Source: Salinibacter sp.
Lineage (GTDB): Bacteria; Bacteroidota; Rhodothermia; Rhodothermales; Salinibacteraceae
NCBI RefSeq assembly: GCF_042218895.1
Contig: NZ_JBDGQQ010000055.1
Location: 2,738-66,737 of the forward strand
DNA length: 64,000 nucleotides
Direction of reading: 5' to 3'
How positions within the stretch are numbered: the first letter of the stretch is position 1; every line of letters starts with the position of its first letter. Below, in pieces: positions 49,516-58,800 of the stretch. The notes under the pieces were generated by a model. It was not told the DNA's origin. It saw only the letters and a list, made by a program, of their open reading frames with translations, and did no database searches. The position numbers and the translations under genes were made by a program.

Positions 49516-50781
49516 ATGAAGAGTGTCCTTCAGGTCATCGGTTCGATCACCGGTATCCTGTTTTTCACAGCCTCCGTCGTTTTCCTGTGGGCGCGCTCGG
49601 GGCAGCTCGCCGACGAGAAACTCGTGCAGACGAAAACCTACGCGGCCCCTCCTGCTTCGCCGGACCGAGACACCTTCAGGGTCATGACCTACAATCTCGG
49701 ACATCTCGCCGGCACAACCGACGATGGGACCGTCGACCGGCCCGATAGTCTCTTTTCCACGAACATGGATCAGGCTGTCGACATCATCCGGCGTGCCAAC
49801 CCCGACATCGTTGGACTGCAGAACGTCGATTTCAGCGCGGCACGCTCCGGTTACGTCCACCAGCTCGACACAATCGCCACCCGGCTGGGATTCGCAAGCG
49901 CCGCGCAGGCAGTGAACTGGAATAAGCAGTATGTTCCCTTTTCGCACGGCCGACCCGTCGTCCAATTCGGCCGCATGGTGTCTGGACAGGGGGTTCTCAG
50001 CCGGTATCCGGTTCGCCGACATGCGCGCAGGGTGCTTGCCCGTCCTCCGCAATCCTTCTGGCGGGATGCGTTCTATCCCAACCGCCTCGTCCAGGTGACT
50101 GTAATCAGCATCGGGGGCTGGCCTCTGGTGGTGATGAATGTTCACTTCGAGGCACTCGACACGGCCACCCGCGAGGAGCAAGCGCGCACGGTGAACGCGC
50201 TCTACAAGCGTCTCGCTCAACAGGGCTTCCCAATTCTCCTCCTCGGCAACTTCAACGGCCTCATGCCCACGGTTGAATTGGCTACGCCCAGCGACGACGA
50301 CACGATAGAACTCTTGCTGAAGGGGACAGAGTTGCGTCCAGCCCTCTCCCCGGAAGAGACGTACATAACGGGAAACTCCTCCCTCGGCACCTATCCGGCC
50401 GACAATCCGCGTCGCAAGCTCGACTATATCTTCTACCGACCTCAATCTATCATTCAGACGAACGCGGAGACCTGGTGTGGCGGCACGCCCCAGTCAAAGA
50501 ACGCAAGTGGTTCCCCGGCCGCGCACCAACCGCAGAACAGAAGTACCCCGACAGCGGTCAAGGGTCCGACTCGGTCGCAGGACGGCGGCGTCCCGATAAG
50601 CACCGTGGAGGCCTCCCGACCGCACCGAGACTCTGTGGCGAACGCTTCCGGAAATGCACTCCCATCCGACCACTGCGCAGTCACGATGACTTTCCTTCTC
50701 CCCCGACCGAAGGATATGCTTCCGAAGAAGCGGATCCCTGGCGATAAACTCCCGTCCCTGGACAGTCTCATGAGCCCGTAG
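49516..50781 (+). CDS. Membrane-anchored endonuclease/exonuclease/phosphatase (EEP) family protein with atypical active site
   Basis: N-terminal TM; VMTYNL, DIVGLQNVD, VLSRYP, NVHF, GNFN, LDYIF, SDH. Confidence 0.87.
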   Translation: MKSVLQVIGSITGILFFTASVVFLWARSGQLADEKLVQTKTYAAPPASPDRDTFRVMTYNLGHLAGTTDDGTVDRPDSLFSTNMDQAVDIIRRANPDIVGLQNVDFSAARSGYVHQLDTIATRLGFASAAQAVNWNKQYVPFSHGRPVVQFGRMVSGQGVLSRYPVRRHARRVLARPPQSFWRDAFYPNRLVQVTVISIGGWPLVVMNVHFEALDTATREEQARTVNALYKRLAQQGFPILLLGNFNGLMPTVELATPSDDDTIELLLKGTELRPALSPEETYITGNSSLGTYPADNPRRKLDYIFYRPQSIIQTNAETWCGGTPQSKNASGSPAAHQPQNRSTPTAVKGPTRSQDGGVPISTVEASRPHRDSVANASGNALPSDHCAVTMTFLLPRPKDMLPKKRIPGDKLPSLDSLMSP

Positions 50782-50887
50782 TCTCGAGCCAGCCGGAACC
50801 GTACCATTGGGAAGGGGAGACGCAAGCCGGAGACCCACTACGCCCGAACATTGGGGGGAAGCTGGACGAACGTGCTGCCGCCCGCGG

Positions 50888-51709
50888 TCACTGCTCCTCC
50901 TCCGGAATCTCCCGGACAATCCGGAAGCCCAACTGCGAGTTCTGTCCCCCCGGTCGGGCCCACGATCGGTTTGCAGACCGCATGTCCGACCCGGCGGAAA
51001 ACCAGCCTCCCCCCCGAATGACTCGGGGACCGGATGGTCTTCCCCTGTTTACGGGGTCTACGCGATCACTCCGTTTGTAGAAGGTGGGGTCATAACCGTC
51101 ACGCACCCATTCCCAGACGTTGCCGTACATGTCGCAGAGGCCAAACGGATTTCCTCGCTTCCGGCATCCCCGATGTGTTCGCCGCTCGGAGTTGTAGCTG
51201 TACCAGGCGTATTTGACGAGAGAGTCCTTCGCCCGTCCAAAGTGGAAGCGGGTGTTCGATCCACCCCGAACGGCGTATTCCCACTCCGCCTCCGTGGGGA
51301 GGCGATACAGGTCGGTGTCCTCTTTACTATTGAGTCGTTCGACGAAGGTACGGACTCGATACCACGACACACTGTCCACCGGCCGGTAGGGCCCCTGGAA
51401 GGCGCTCGGATTCCGATCCATGAGAGCCTCCCATTGAACCTGGGTCACCTCGTAGACGCTCATGTAGAACGGCTCCGTGATTTCTACTTCGTGAACGGGC
51501 CGTTCATCTCTTTGCCCATCGGTCGACCCCATCTGAAACGATCCCGCTGGAATTCGTTGGAACTGGATTCCGACGGAGTTTACATAGGTCGAATCGCTTT
51601 CTGCCGGTTGAGGGGACGTGTCCTCCCGAAGGTCACATCCTTGAACAATGCAAAGCCCGACCAGCAGTCCCCCAAGTCCCGTCAGGACTTCAACTGAAAG
51701 ACGAGTCAT
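50888..51709 (-). CDS. FGE-sulfatase (SUMF1-fold) domain lipoprotein
   Basis: VQGC lipobox; FQMGS, EVTQ, RLPTEAEWEYA, NPFGLCDMYGNVWEW, RGGGW, GFR. Start ATG 51709. Confidence 0.9.
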   Translation of the reverse strand: MTRLSVEVLTGLGGLLVGLCIVQGCDLREDTSPQPAESDSTYVNSVGIQFQRIPAGSFQMGSTDGQRDERPVHEVEITEPFYMSVYEVTQVQWEALMDRNPSAFQGPYRPVDSVSWYRVRTFVERLNSKEDTDLYRLPTEAEWEYAVRGGSNTRFHFGRAKDSLVKYAWYSYNSERRTHRGCRKRGNPFGLCDMYGNVWEWVRDGYDPTFYKRSDRVDPVNRGRPSGPRVIRGGGWFSAGSDMRSANRSWARPGGQNSQLGFRIVREIPEEEQ

Positions 51710-51874
51710 GAGAGACTCTCCCGAGAAAGGGACGAGAGGTTTACGGCAGGACGAGGTCAACCGAGAAATTTTCTCGAACGGCGGGGGCGCCGCCATCGGA
51801 AACCGTGGTCGCCGTTCAAGCTGCCCTCCCGATTGCTCATCGTTCCAGAGGTTCCTCCGTAGGCCCCCTCACGC

Positions 51875-52963
51875 TCAGAGGCCATTCTGCGAGGGAAACA
51901 CGGTCGTTTCCTTCTGCGGCCCGTCCCCAGCTCCGCATGTTTGCCGAACGACGAGCTTAGGAACGAAGACCGTATTCGACACCGGACTATCTCCCCCCCT
52001 TTCAATCTGATGTAGCAGACTCTCTACGGCTCGCTGTCCCATCGTGCGCGCCGGTTGACGAACCGTCGTCAGTCCCGCGCACTGGCTCAGCTCTACGTCG
52101 TCAAACCCGACAATCGCAAGATCCCCCGGGACCTCCATCCCCGCCTCTTGGGTTGCTCGTAGCGCCCCCATCGCCTGCCTGTCTGACGCGGCGAACACTG
52201 CGTCCGGGGCAGGCTCCCGTTCGAGCAATGCCTTCATGGCCCGGTACCCTCCTGTCTCCGAAAATGCAAACGGGCGCTCGTCGCTCGCCGCTATCAGACG
52301 GTCCTCGACGGGTCGCTCCTGCTCCCGGAGTGCCCGCTCGTATCCTTCACGCCGGAGCCGGGCCGGCGGCGGCTGGTACTCGACTGTGATGTGGCCAATT
52401 CGCTCGTATCCGTGATCGATCAGGTGGCGGGTGGCCTCGTAGCCCCCTTGTTCATTGTCGACCGTAAACGATTCGAACGCTGGGTGCTCTGTGTCGACCA
52501 GCACGACAGACTGGTTGGTGTTCCTTAGCCGACGGGCCCATTCGTCGGTCAACGGGACCGACAGCAGGAGAATGCCGTCGTTTCGACCGGGCTGCAGGGC
52601 CCGGGCCAGGCGCGTATTCAGGTCCTCCGGGCTGGACCGGTCGTGGATGAGTTCCTGTGCGTTTGCTGGGGCATGAATCGTCAGATCCAGGTTCCGATCC
52701 CTCAGCCCCTGCTGGATGCCTCGTATGACGTGCATGTAGAAATAATTCGCCACGACCGGTGCCACCGCGGCGATCTGGTTGGTGCGTTGCCGGGCCAAAT
52801 TCTGCGCCGAAGCGTGGGGCTGGTAGTGCAACGCATCCGCCGCCTCAAGTACCCGCTCGCGCGTCTCCTCCCGGACTCTGGCCTCCTCATCATTGAAGAC
52901 CCGCGAGACCGTCGCGGTTGAGACATCCGCCCGCTCGGCAATGTCGTAGATGGTTGCAGACAC
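51875..52963 (-). CDS. LacI-family transcriptional regulator
   Basis: TIYDIAERADVSTATVSRV HTH; VDNEQGG, DAVFAASD, VPGDLAIVGFDD, LTTVRQP. GTG start 52963. Confidence 0.95.
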   Translation of the reverse strand: MSATIYDIAERADVSTATVSRVFNDEEARVREETRERVLEAADALHYQPHASAQNLARQRTNQIAAVAPVVANYFYMHVIRGIQQGLRDRNLDLTIHAPANAQELIHDRSSPEDLNTRLARALQPGRNDGILLLSVPLTDEWARRLRNTNQSVVLVDTEHPAFESFTVDNEQGGYEATRHLIDHGYERIGHITVEYQPPPARLRREGYERALREQERPVEDRLIAASDERPFAFSETGGYRAMKALLEREPAPDAVFAASDRQAMGALRATQEAGMEVPGDLAIVGFDDVELSQCAGLTTVRQPARTMGQRAVESLLHQIERGGDSPVSNTVFVPKLVVRQTCGAGDGPQKETTVFPSQNGL

Positions 52964-53230
52964 GGAAGAAGACGTTTGGGCAAGAAAACTCACGGAAGGA
53001 TCTGTACCATAGTCCCCTCCAAAACTAATGTCAAACCATGACTTCCCGGAGCGACGACCCGGAGGAGGTAGTGGCGGCTGCATTCAACCGTCGTGGTGCC
53101 TGGGGGATCAGGGACGGAATACGCCTCGTCGTGCAGCAAGGGGTAGGCATCAATGGACTTGCGCTCGCCCGGCGCCGGAGGGCCTAGGGACGCTTCGGAG
53201 TAATCAGCAGCCCCAAGTCTGGAACGGACG

Positions 53231-54082
53231 CTAGGGTGCAGGCTCGGGAACAGGTTCCGTGTCGGGCGTTGGCTCGGGGGAGGCTTCCTCCGTCTCCGCT
53301 TCGTCCTCGTCGCTGGTCCAGTAGATCTCAACGAGCATGGCCGCGGGGCCCACGAGAAAGAGCGCGTAAAACGGCGCCGCGACGAATTCCCCCAGCCGCA
53401 GAAAGAACTCCGCGACCGCAATCAGGGCCGCAACTCCCATTTCACCCTTCGGCGAGGAGACGGTCGTCTTCGGGTCCGTAATCATAAAGAGGGCGAAGAG
53501 TTGATACATCGGCCCAGTAAGCGGGGCCACCGCTGCCCAGAAGCCGTCTCCCGTGACGTATCCCCGGACAACCGAGAGTGCGATGAAGGCAACGATGTAC
53601 GTGGCCGTGACGTGGAAGCGCTTGACTTTCCAGATCGTGTAGAGCCCGACGATCCAGATGACGAGCATCGCCCACATGTTGTTGCCCCACTGCGTGTTGA
53701 GAGGGGCAATGTCGAACAGGCCGTACGCTGCGGGGAAGAAGAGGACGCAGAGCCCAAAGTTGGACGGATTCCAGAGGTGACGTCCCTTCACCTGGAGCAC
53801 GTACTTCGACATGATCGACACCACGCTGCACAACGCAAATGGCCAGAGCGCTGGCGACCGCACCAGAATGCCCACACTGATGCCGGAGGTGTAGGCGCTC
53901 GCTGGGTGGGCCCAGCCCCCCCACGTGAGACGTCCCAGGGCCAGCTCTGTAGCGATGGCCGTTCCGATGGCCAGCGCGATGGCGTCAATGCCCCGCAGGA
54001 TTCCAAACGACACGTGGCCCGCCACGAGGATCAGCGAAATCAGAACCGGCGGGACGAGGCGGACGTCAATCTTGTCCATCAT
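53231..54082 (-). CDS. UnbU-like / RnfD-NqrB-family integral membrane protein
   Basis: Multi-TM; SKYVL...HLWNPSNFG and FMITDPKT; ATGA-coupled to the UnbV-like gene. Confidence 0.8.
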   Translation of the reverse strand: MMDKIDVRLVPPVLISLILVAGHVSFGILRGIDAIALAIGTAIATELALGRLTWGGWAHPASAYTSGISVGILVRSPALWPFALCSVVSIMSKYVLQVKGRHLWNPSNFGLCVLFFPAAYGLFDIAPLNTQWGNNMWAMLVIWIVGLYTIWKVKRFHVTATYIVAFIALSVVRGYVTGDGFWAAVAPLTGPMYQLFALFMITDPKTTVSSPKGEMGVAALIAVAEFFLRLGEFVAAPFYALFLVGPAAMLVEIYWTSDEDEAETEEASPEPTPDTEPVPEPAP

Positions 54083-55872
54083 GGCTCCGTCACGTCGTGG
54101 ATGGTGTTCATCTCAGGGGACTCGATCGTCTGGGTCGTGCCGGAGGGCCATCGGATCACGGCCTTCTCGACTGTTGGGTTGGAACCGAGGCCAAAGTGGA
54201 TTCGGCGCTGGTTCTGCGAGGCGAAGCCGCTCCCCCCGTGCACCTGCTGCACCTGCTGCTGGTCGTTCCAATGGAGTGTCACGCGCGTCCCGATGGCACT
54301 CCGGTTGCTCTCGGTGCCTGTGAGCTCGAACGCGATCCAGCTGTGCTGGGGGTCAACCTTGTTTCTGTAGACCTCCACCGGCCCCCGCTGGTTGGCAACC
54401 ACAGCGTCTAACACGCCGCGGTTCTGGAGGTCGACGAGGGCCACCGCGCGGCCATCGTGGGTGGAGGCGCCCCCCACGGCCGGCGCCACGTTCTGGAATT
54501 GGCCGGCCCCATCGTTGATCCAGATGCGCGTTTGTTGATGGCCGGACAGGCTGCGCCCCTCCATGGCCGGCCAGTTCGCAGCGTTCGCGATAATGTCTTC
54601 GTTCCCCCCCGCCACCTTCGAGAAGTCATACCAGTAGCTCGCGCTCTTCGAGCCGGAATAGAACCCGTTGACCACAAACAGGTCCTGCCACCCATCATTG
54701 TTCAGGTCGCCGAACTGGGCCCCGTAGCTCCACCCTGCCCGGGCCACGCCCATCGTGCCGGCAAGATTGTCGAACGTAGGCGTCTCCCCCGACGCAGTGG
54801 ACCCGGCCATCCACAGGTTGTTGCCCTGCACGAGAACGCCCTCCTCCGTGAGGTTGCTCACGTAGAGGGCCTGCGTGCCCCGGTTCATCACGTCCCCCGT
54901 CGACGCGTTCATTCCGCTTTTCGGAATGCGGCCCACGTTCGAGGCCCGGCTCGCGGCGCGGAAGCGCTGCCCCTTCACGTTCACGAAAAACTGGTCGGCC
55001 CCGAAATCATTGGCGATAAACAAGTCCGGGTAGCCGGACCGGTTGAAGTCAGACGCGACCGCCGCGAGGGTCCATCGCGTGCCAGTGAGGCCCCACTCCT
55101 CCGATACCTCCGTGAACGTCCCGTCGCCCTGGTTCAGAAAGAGGTAGTTCTGGCCGCCATTTCGGGCATACTCGTAACTCTCGGGCATGACGCGGGTCGT
55201 TTCCAGATTCCAGAGGTCAAACGTCGCCGGGTAGAATCCACCGACAAGCAGGTCGAGGAATCCATCCTGGTTCGCGTCGAGCCAAATGGCCGTGCCGGCG
55301 TTCATCCAGTCGGGCAGGCCCTTGAGATGATCGGTCACCTGCGTGAAGCCTGTACCGTCCTCATTGCGGAAAAGCATGCACTGCCCCCACTTGTAGAGGA
55401 AAAGGTCCTCGTCGCCGTCATTGTCGTAGTCGCCCCACACGCTTCCCATCGAGGTTCCCGTTCCGCGCTGATTGACGTTGGCGAGGCCCAGCTCGGGAGC
55501 AACGTTTGTGAACGTACCGTCCCCCTGGTTGCGATACAGCGCGTTCTCGGTTCCATACTTGCTGTTGGTAACGTAGAGGTCGGAGTATCCGTCCCCATCG
55601 TAGTCGGCCACGGACACAGAGGCTCCGATCTGCGCCACCTCAGGCATGATGTGGCTGAGGGACGAGTCGAGGTTGGGGGCGTGGTGCGTGAAGTCGATGC
55701 CGACCTCCTGAGCAACATTTTCGAGCACGAAGCCGTGACGCTCAAGAGCCTTCTCGCGGTCCATCGGGCCGCCCGATGCTTCTCCCGACCACTGCGTGAT
55801 CACCAGCGGGGCAGCCAGCAGTCCGACGAAGACCACGCTCAACAGTCCCCGAATGAGAGTTTGGTTCGTCAC
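54079..55872 (-). CDS. CRTAC1/UnbV-family protein (FG-GAP propeller plus C-terminal ASPIC/UnbV)
   Basis: N-terminal TM/signal; DYDGDG and DYDNDG repeats, ANDFG, KSGMN, GWSYG, GGSGFASQ..IHFGLG, IRWPSG. Confidence 0.9.
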   Translation of the reverse strand: MTNQTLIRGLLSVVFVGLLAAPLVITQWSGEASGGPMDREKALERHGFVLENVAQEVGIDFTHHAPNLDSSLSHIMPEVAQIGASVSVADYDGDGYSDLYVTNSKYGTENALYRNQGDGTFTNVAPELGLANVNQRGTGTSMGSVWGDYDNDGDEDLFLYKWGQCMLFRNEDGTGFTQVTDHLKGLPDWMNAGTAIWLDANQDGFLDLLVGGFYPATFDLWNLETTRVMPESYEYARNGGQNYLFLNQGDGTFTEVSEEWGLTGTRWTLAAVASDFNRSGYPDLFIANDFGADQFFVNVKGQRFRAASRASNVGRIPKSGMNASTGDVMNRGTQALYVSNLTEEGVLVQGNNLWMAGSTASGETPTFDNLAGTMGVARAGWSYGAQFGDLNNDGWQDLFVVNGFYSGSKSASYWYDFSKVAGGNEDIIANAANWPAMEGRSLSGHQQTRIWINDGAGQFQNVAPAVGGASTHDGRAVALVDLQNRGVLDAVVANQRGPVEVYRNKVDPQHSWIAFELTGTESNRSAIGTRVTLHWNDQQQVQQVHGGSGFASQNQRRIHFGLGSNPTVEKAVIRWPSGTTQTIESPEMNTIHDVTEP

Positions 55873-58800
55873 GGCGTTCCAGAACGATTGGCGTCAAACG
55901 ATAGCGCGCGGTGGAAACGGCGCGGGGCGACGTATCGAGTGTGGTACGTCTCCCAGTCGTCTGGATGCATCTGGTATGCCGGATCTTCCTCCAGAGGTCC
56001 AGGCGGTGTCGAGTAATCGTCCATGCCGTGGTAGGGGAGGGGGCGCACGGTCCTCGAGTGGCCCGTGTTAAAGTCGCCGTCCTTCACCCATCCGTCCCCC
56101 ACGAGCACGAAGTCCCGCGTCCAGCCGTCCGGGGGGGCAGGCGGTGCCGGAAACCGAAGCACCATTTCATCGCCTGCGTTCATAATAACATAACGATCGT
56201 CAGTCTTAGAAACTAGTTCATCCACGGGTCCAAATCGGGTGTGGTAGCCCCTAAGATCCCGCCACATGCGGGTCGTTGTGGCAATTGAGTCGTACACGGG
56301 CACGGTAGGCAGGCGCCGTTCCGTCTGAACGACCTTCGAGAAGCCCCGGTCCCGCAGGTGGGCTGAGTCGGGAGAGAGCAGATGCGTCTTGAGCTTCACA
56401 TCCGGTCGTCCAGGAGCCCAGGCGAGCCGGTCCCAGTAGATTTCCATGTTGGTCCGCAGGCGCACGCGACGGGGCCCGTCAGGCCCAACCACCTCCGATA
56501 GATCGATGAGCATGGTCTTCGATTTGCCGGCCGGGAACCCGATGTTTGATCGCGCGACCTTCCATCCCCCATCCCCGTCTGGCACCTCCAGGGTGATGCC
56601 CGTCGGGGGAGCGAAGTCCCCCTGACCGATGGCGAGGTTGAGCGAAGTGTCCGTCGGGTACACCCAGCCGTCGGCGACGAGCCAGAGGGGGCCCTCGGCG
56701 GGCACGTCGTCGCCCAGCCGGACCTCTACGTAGTGTTCTTCGGCTCGTCCCTGGAACGGCCCAAGCTCGAAGGTGTCGAGGTAGCGCCCGTCGTTTTTCT
56801 GGACGAGGGCCGTTACGTCCCGTCCGTCCTGGTCCCACGCCTGTGCGACCGGCTGCGGTGGGGCAAGAGGGGTGAGGTCTTGATCAGGGGGCGGCAGATG
56901 GAAGCGCTCGTCGATCCGTACCGTCGTACCCGCCGGATGATCGACGGCTACGAGTTCGACACGGTCGAAGAAGTGACTTTCCCACAGCTCCCCGGTGATT
57001 CGCACGTCGTACATTCCGTTGCGCCGCCCCACGTGCTCCCCCGGAATGAAGATCCGGTCCTCACTGTGAATGACCTGGGCCTTCCCCTGTGCGTTGATGC
57101 GAAGGCCGAGGGCAGTGCGCCAGAGGAAGTCCGTCTCGAATTGCATGTCCTCGCCATCGTAGGTGTAGACCCACGGGCACGATCCCTTCAGTCGCTGGCG
57201 GGCGAGGGCAGTTTGGGTCGATACAAGGTTGAATTCGGCCTGCACCGTGCCGTTGGGCCAGATGATACGGGCCACGTCGGCCCCGCTGCGGCGGCCGAGA
57301 CCGAAATGAACCGTGGGCTCCGTGATGGGCCGCTTCTGGTAGAGCAGTCCCGCTCGGAGCTCGATTTCGCCGCCGATGCCGTACGGATTGATACGACGAT
57401 CGCCCTGGGTCCGGGCGGCGCGGGGCTGAATCCGCTGTGACTGGTAGTTTTTTGTGCCTTCGTTCGTCAGCCGCAGCGGCGTTCCCGAGTCGCTGAGAGC
57501 CAGGAGATCGAGCCGCCCTTTGCCACGCACATCGGCGGCCGAGAAGACCGTATGCTGAATGGGTTCGGAATGGGGAATGTACGCGCCGGTCGAGTCGCTA
57601 AGCCAAATGGTTCCCGCCCCAGGAGTTGCCTGCACCAGGTCGAGCCCTCCGTTGTTGTCCAGGTCCCCTGCGAGCAGGCGTGTCCCCGACACGGGCGTGT
57701 CGTCGGGCAGGGGTCGTCCGCTCAGGAGACGATCGGTCTCCCATCCGGTGGAGGAGGCCGTGAGGCGGGACACAGCCCCGCTGGCCCGGAGCAGGAGAAG
57801 GTCCATGGCCCCGTCTCGGTTGACGTCACCGACCGAGAGCCCCCGTCCCGAAGCGAGCGTGTCGGGCAGGATCCGGGGCGAGAAGCGGGGCGTGCCGGAC
57901 CGCTTGTTGTCATACACGTGGAGCTGTCCTCCGGCGTCGAGCATTGCGGCATCGGGGGTCCCGTCGGCGTCGAGATCGGACCAGACAAATGCACGGAGTG
58001 CACGCACTTCCGAGAAGAACGACCGCGTCGCGAACGTCCCATCTCCATTGTTGCGCAGCGTGACTGGGGGGGCCGACTGGCGGGCCAGCACAAGATCAAG
58101 GTCCCCATCCATGTCGAGGTCGGCAGGCCAAACCCCCGCGTATGCCTCACCGCGGACTGCGGCCGGCACAGCCTCCTCCGATACGTTCTGAAATGAGCTG
58201 TCGGCCTGCTGACGATATATCCGCACGCCGTCCTCCCCTGCCGCAGCAAGGTCGACGCGGAAGTCATAGTCCATGTCGAAGGGCGTGGCGACGTGCCCCA
58301 TCGGCCGGTCGCTCGTCGTCCCTCCTGGGAAGGGCACCGTCACGACGCGCCCGAGGCCTGTTTCAATGCGGAGCGTCTCCCCGTCCGTCATCATCACGTC
58401 GGGCGGCACCTCTTCCGCCAGTGTCACGTGTTGAATCCAGTCCCACTGGTCCGTCGTGCGGAGGGAGTCGGCCGTGAACGTGAGGCCAGTATCGGCAGGC
58501 GCCGGCTGAGGGTCAGGGGGCGTCATTCGGAAGAGACGGATGACAACGCTGGCGCGCTCAGCGAGGCTCGGGGGCTGAACGGCCGCCTGATCGGCCTGGT
58601 ACGCTGGGGTGCGCTTCAGGTCGTTCTTGAGAAACGCGATTTGCGCGGCTGCTTTTGGCGGCGTGGCGGCGACCTTCCGGACAGCCTGTAGCGACGACCG
58701 TGCGGCGTCGGGCCAGGAGGACGTGCGGTTTCCAAGACGATCGAGGGTCTTTCGGAGCATCGCCGTCTTCCCGGCCTTGGCCGCGAGCCGAGCGCGCTCG

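Noticed and set aside
49516-50781. EEP nuclease and HEPN/MNT taken together as an anti-phage defence island
   Set aside because: They are about 16 kb apart, the EEP is membrane-anchored with substituted catalytic residues, the HEPN is broken, and the context is metabolic.
54457-56016. 519-aa + strand ORF and similar long antisense ORFs (e.g. 41675..42862, 34579..35634, 27809..28855)
   Set aside because: Each lies opposite a well-supported gene and reflects codon bias.
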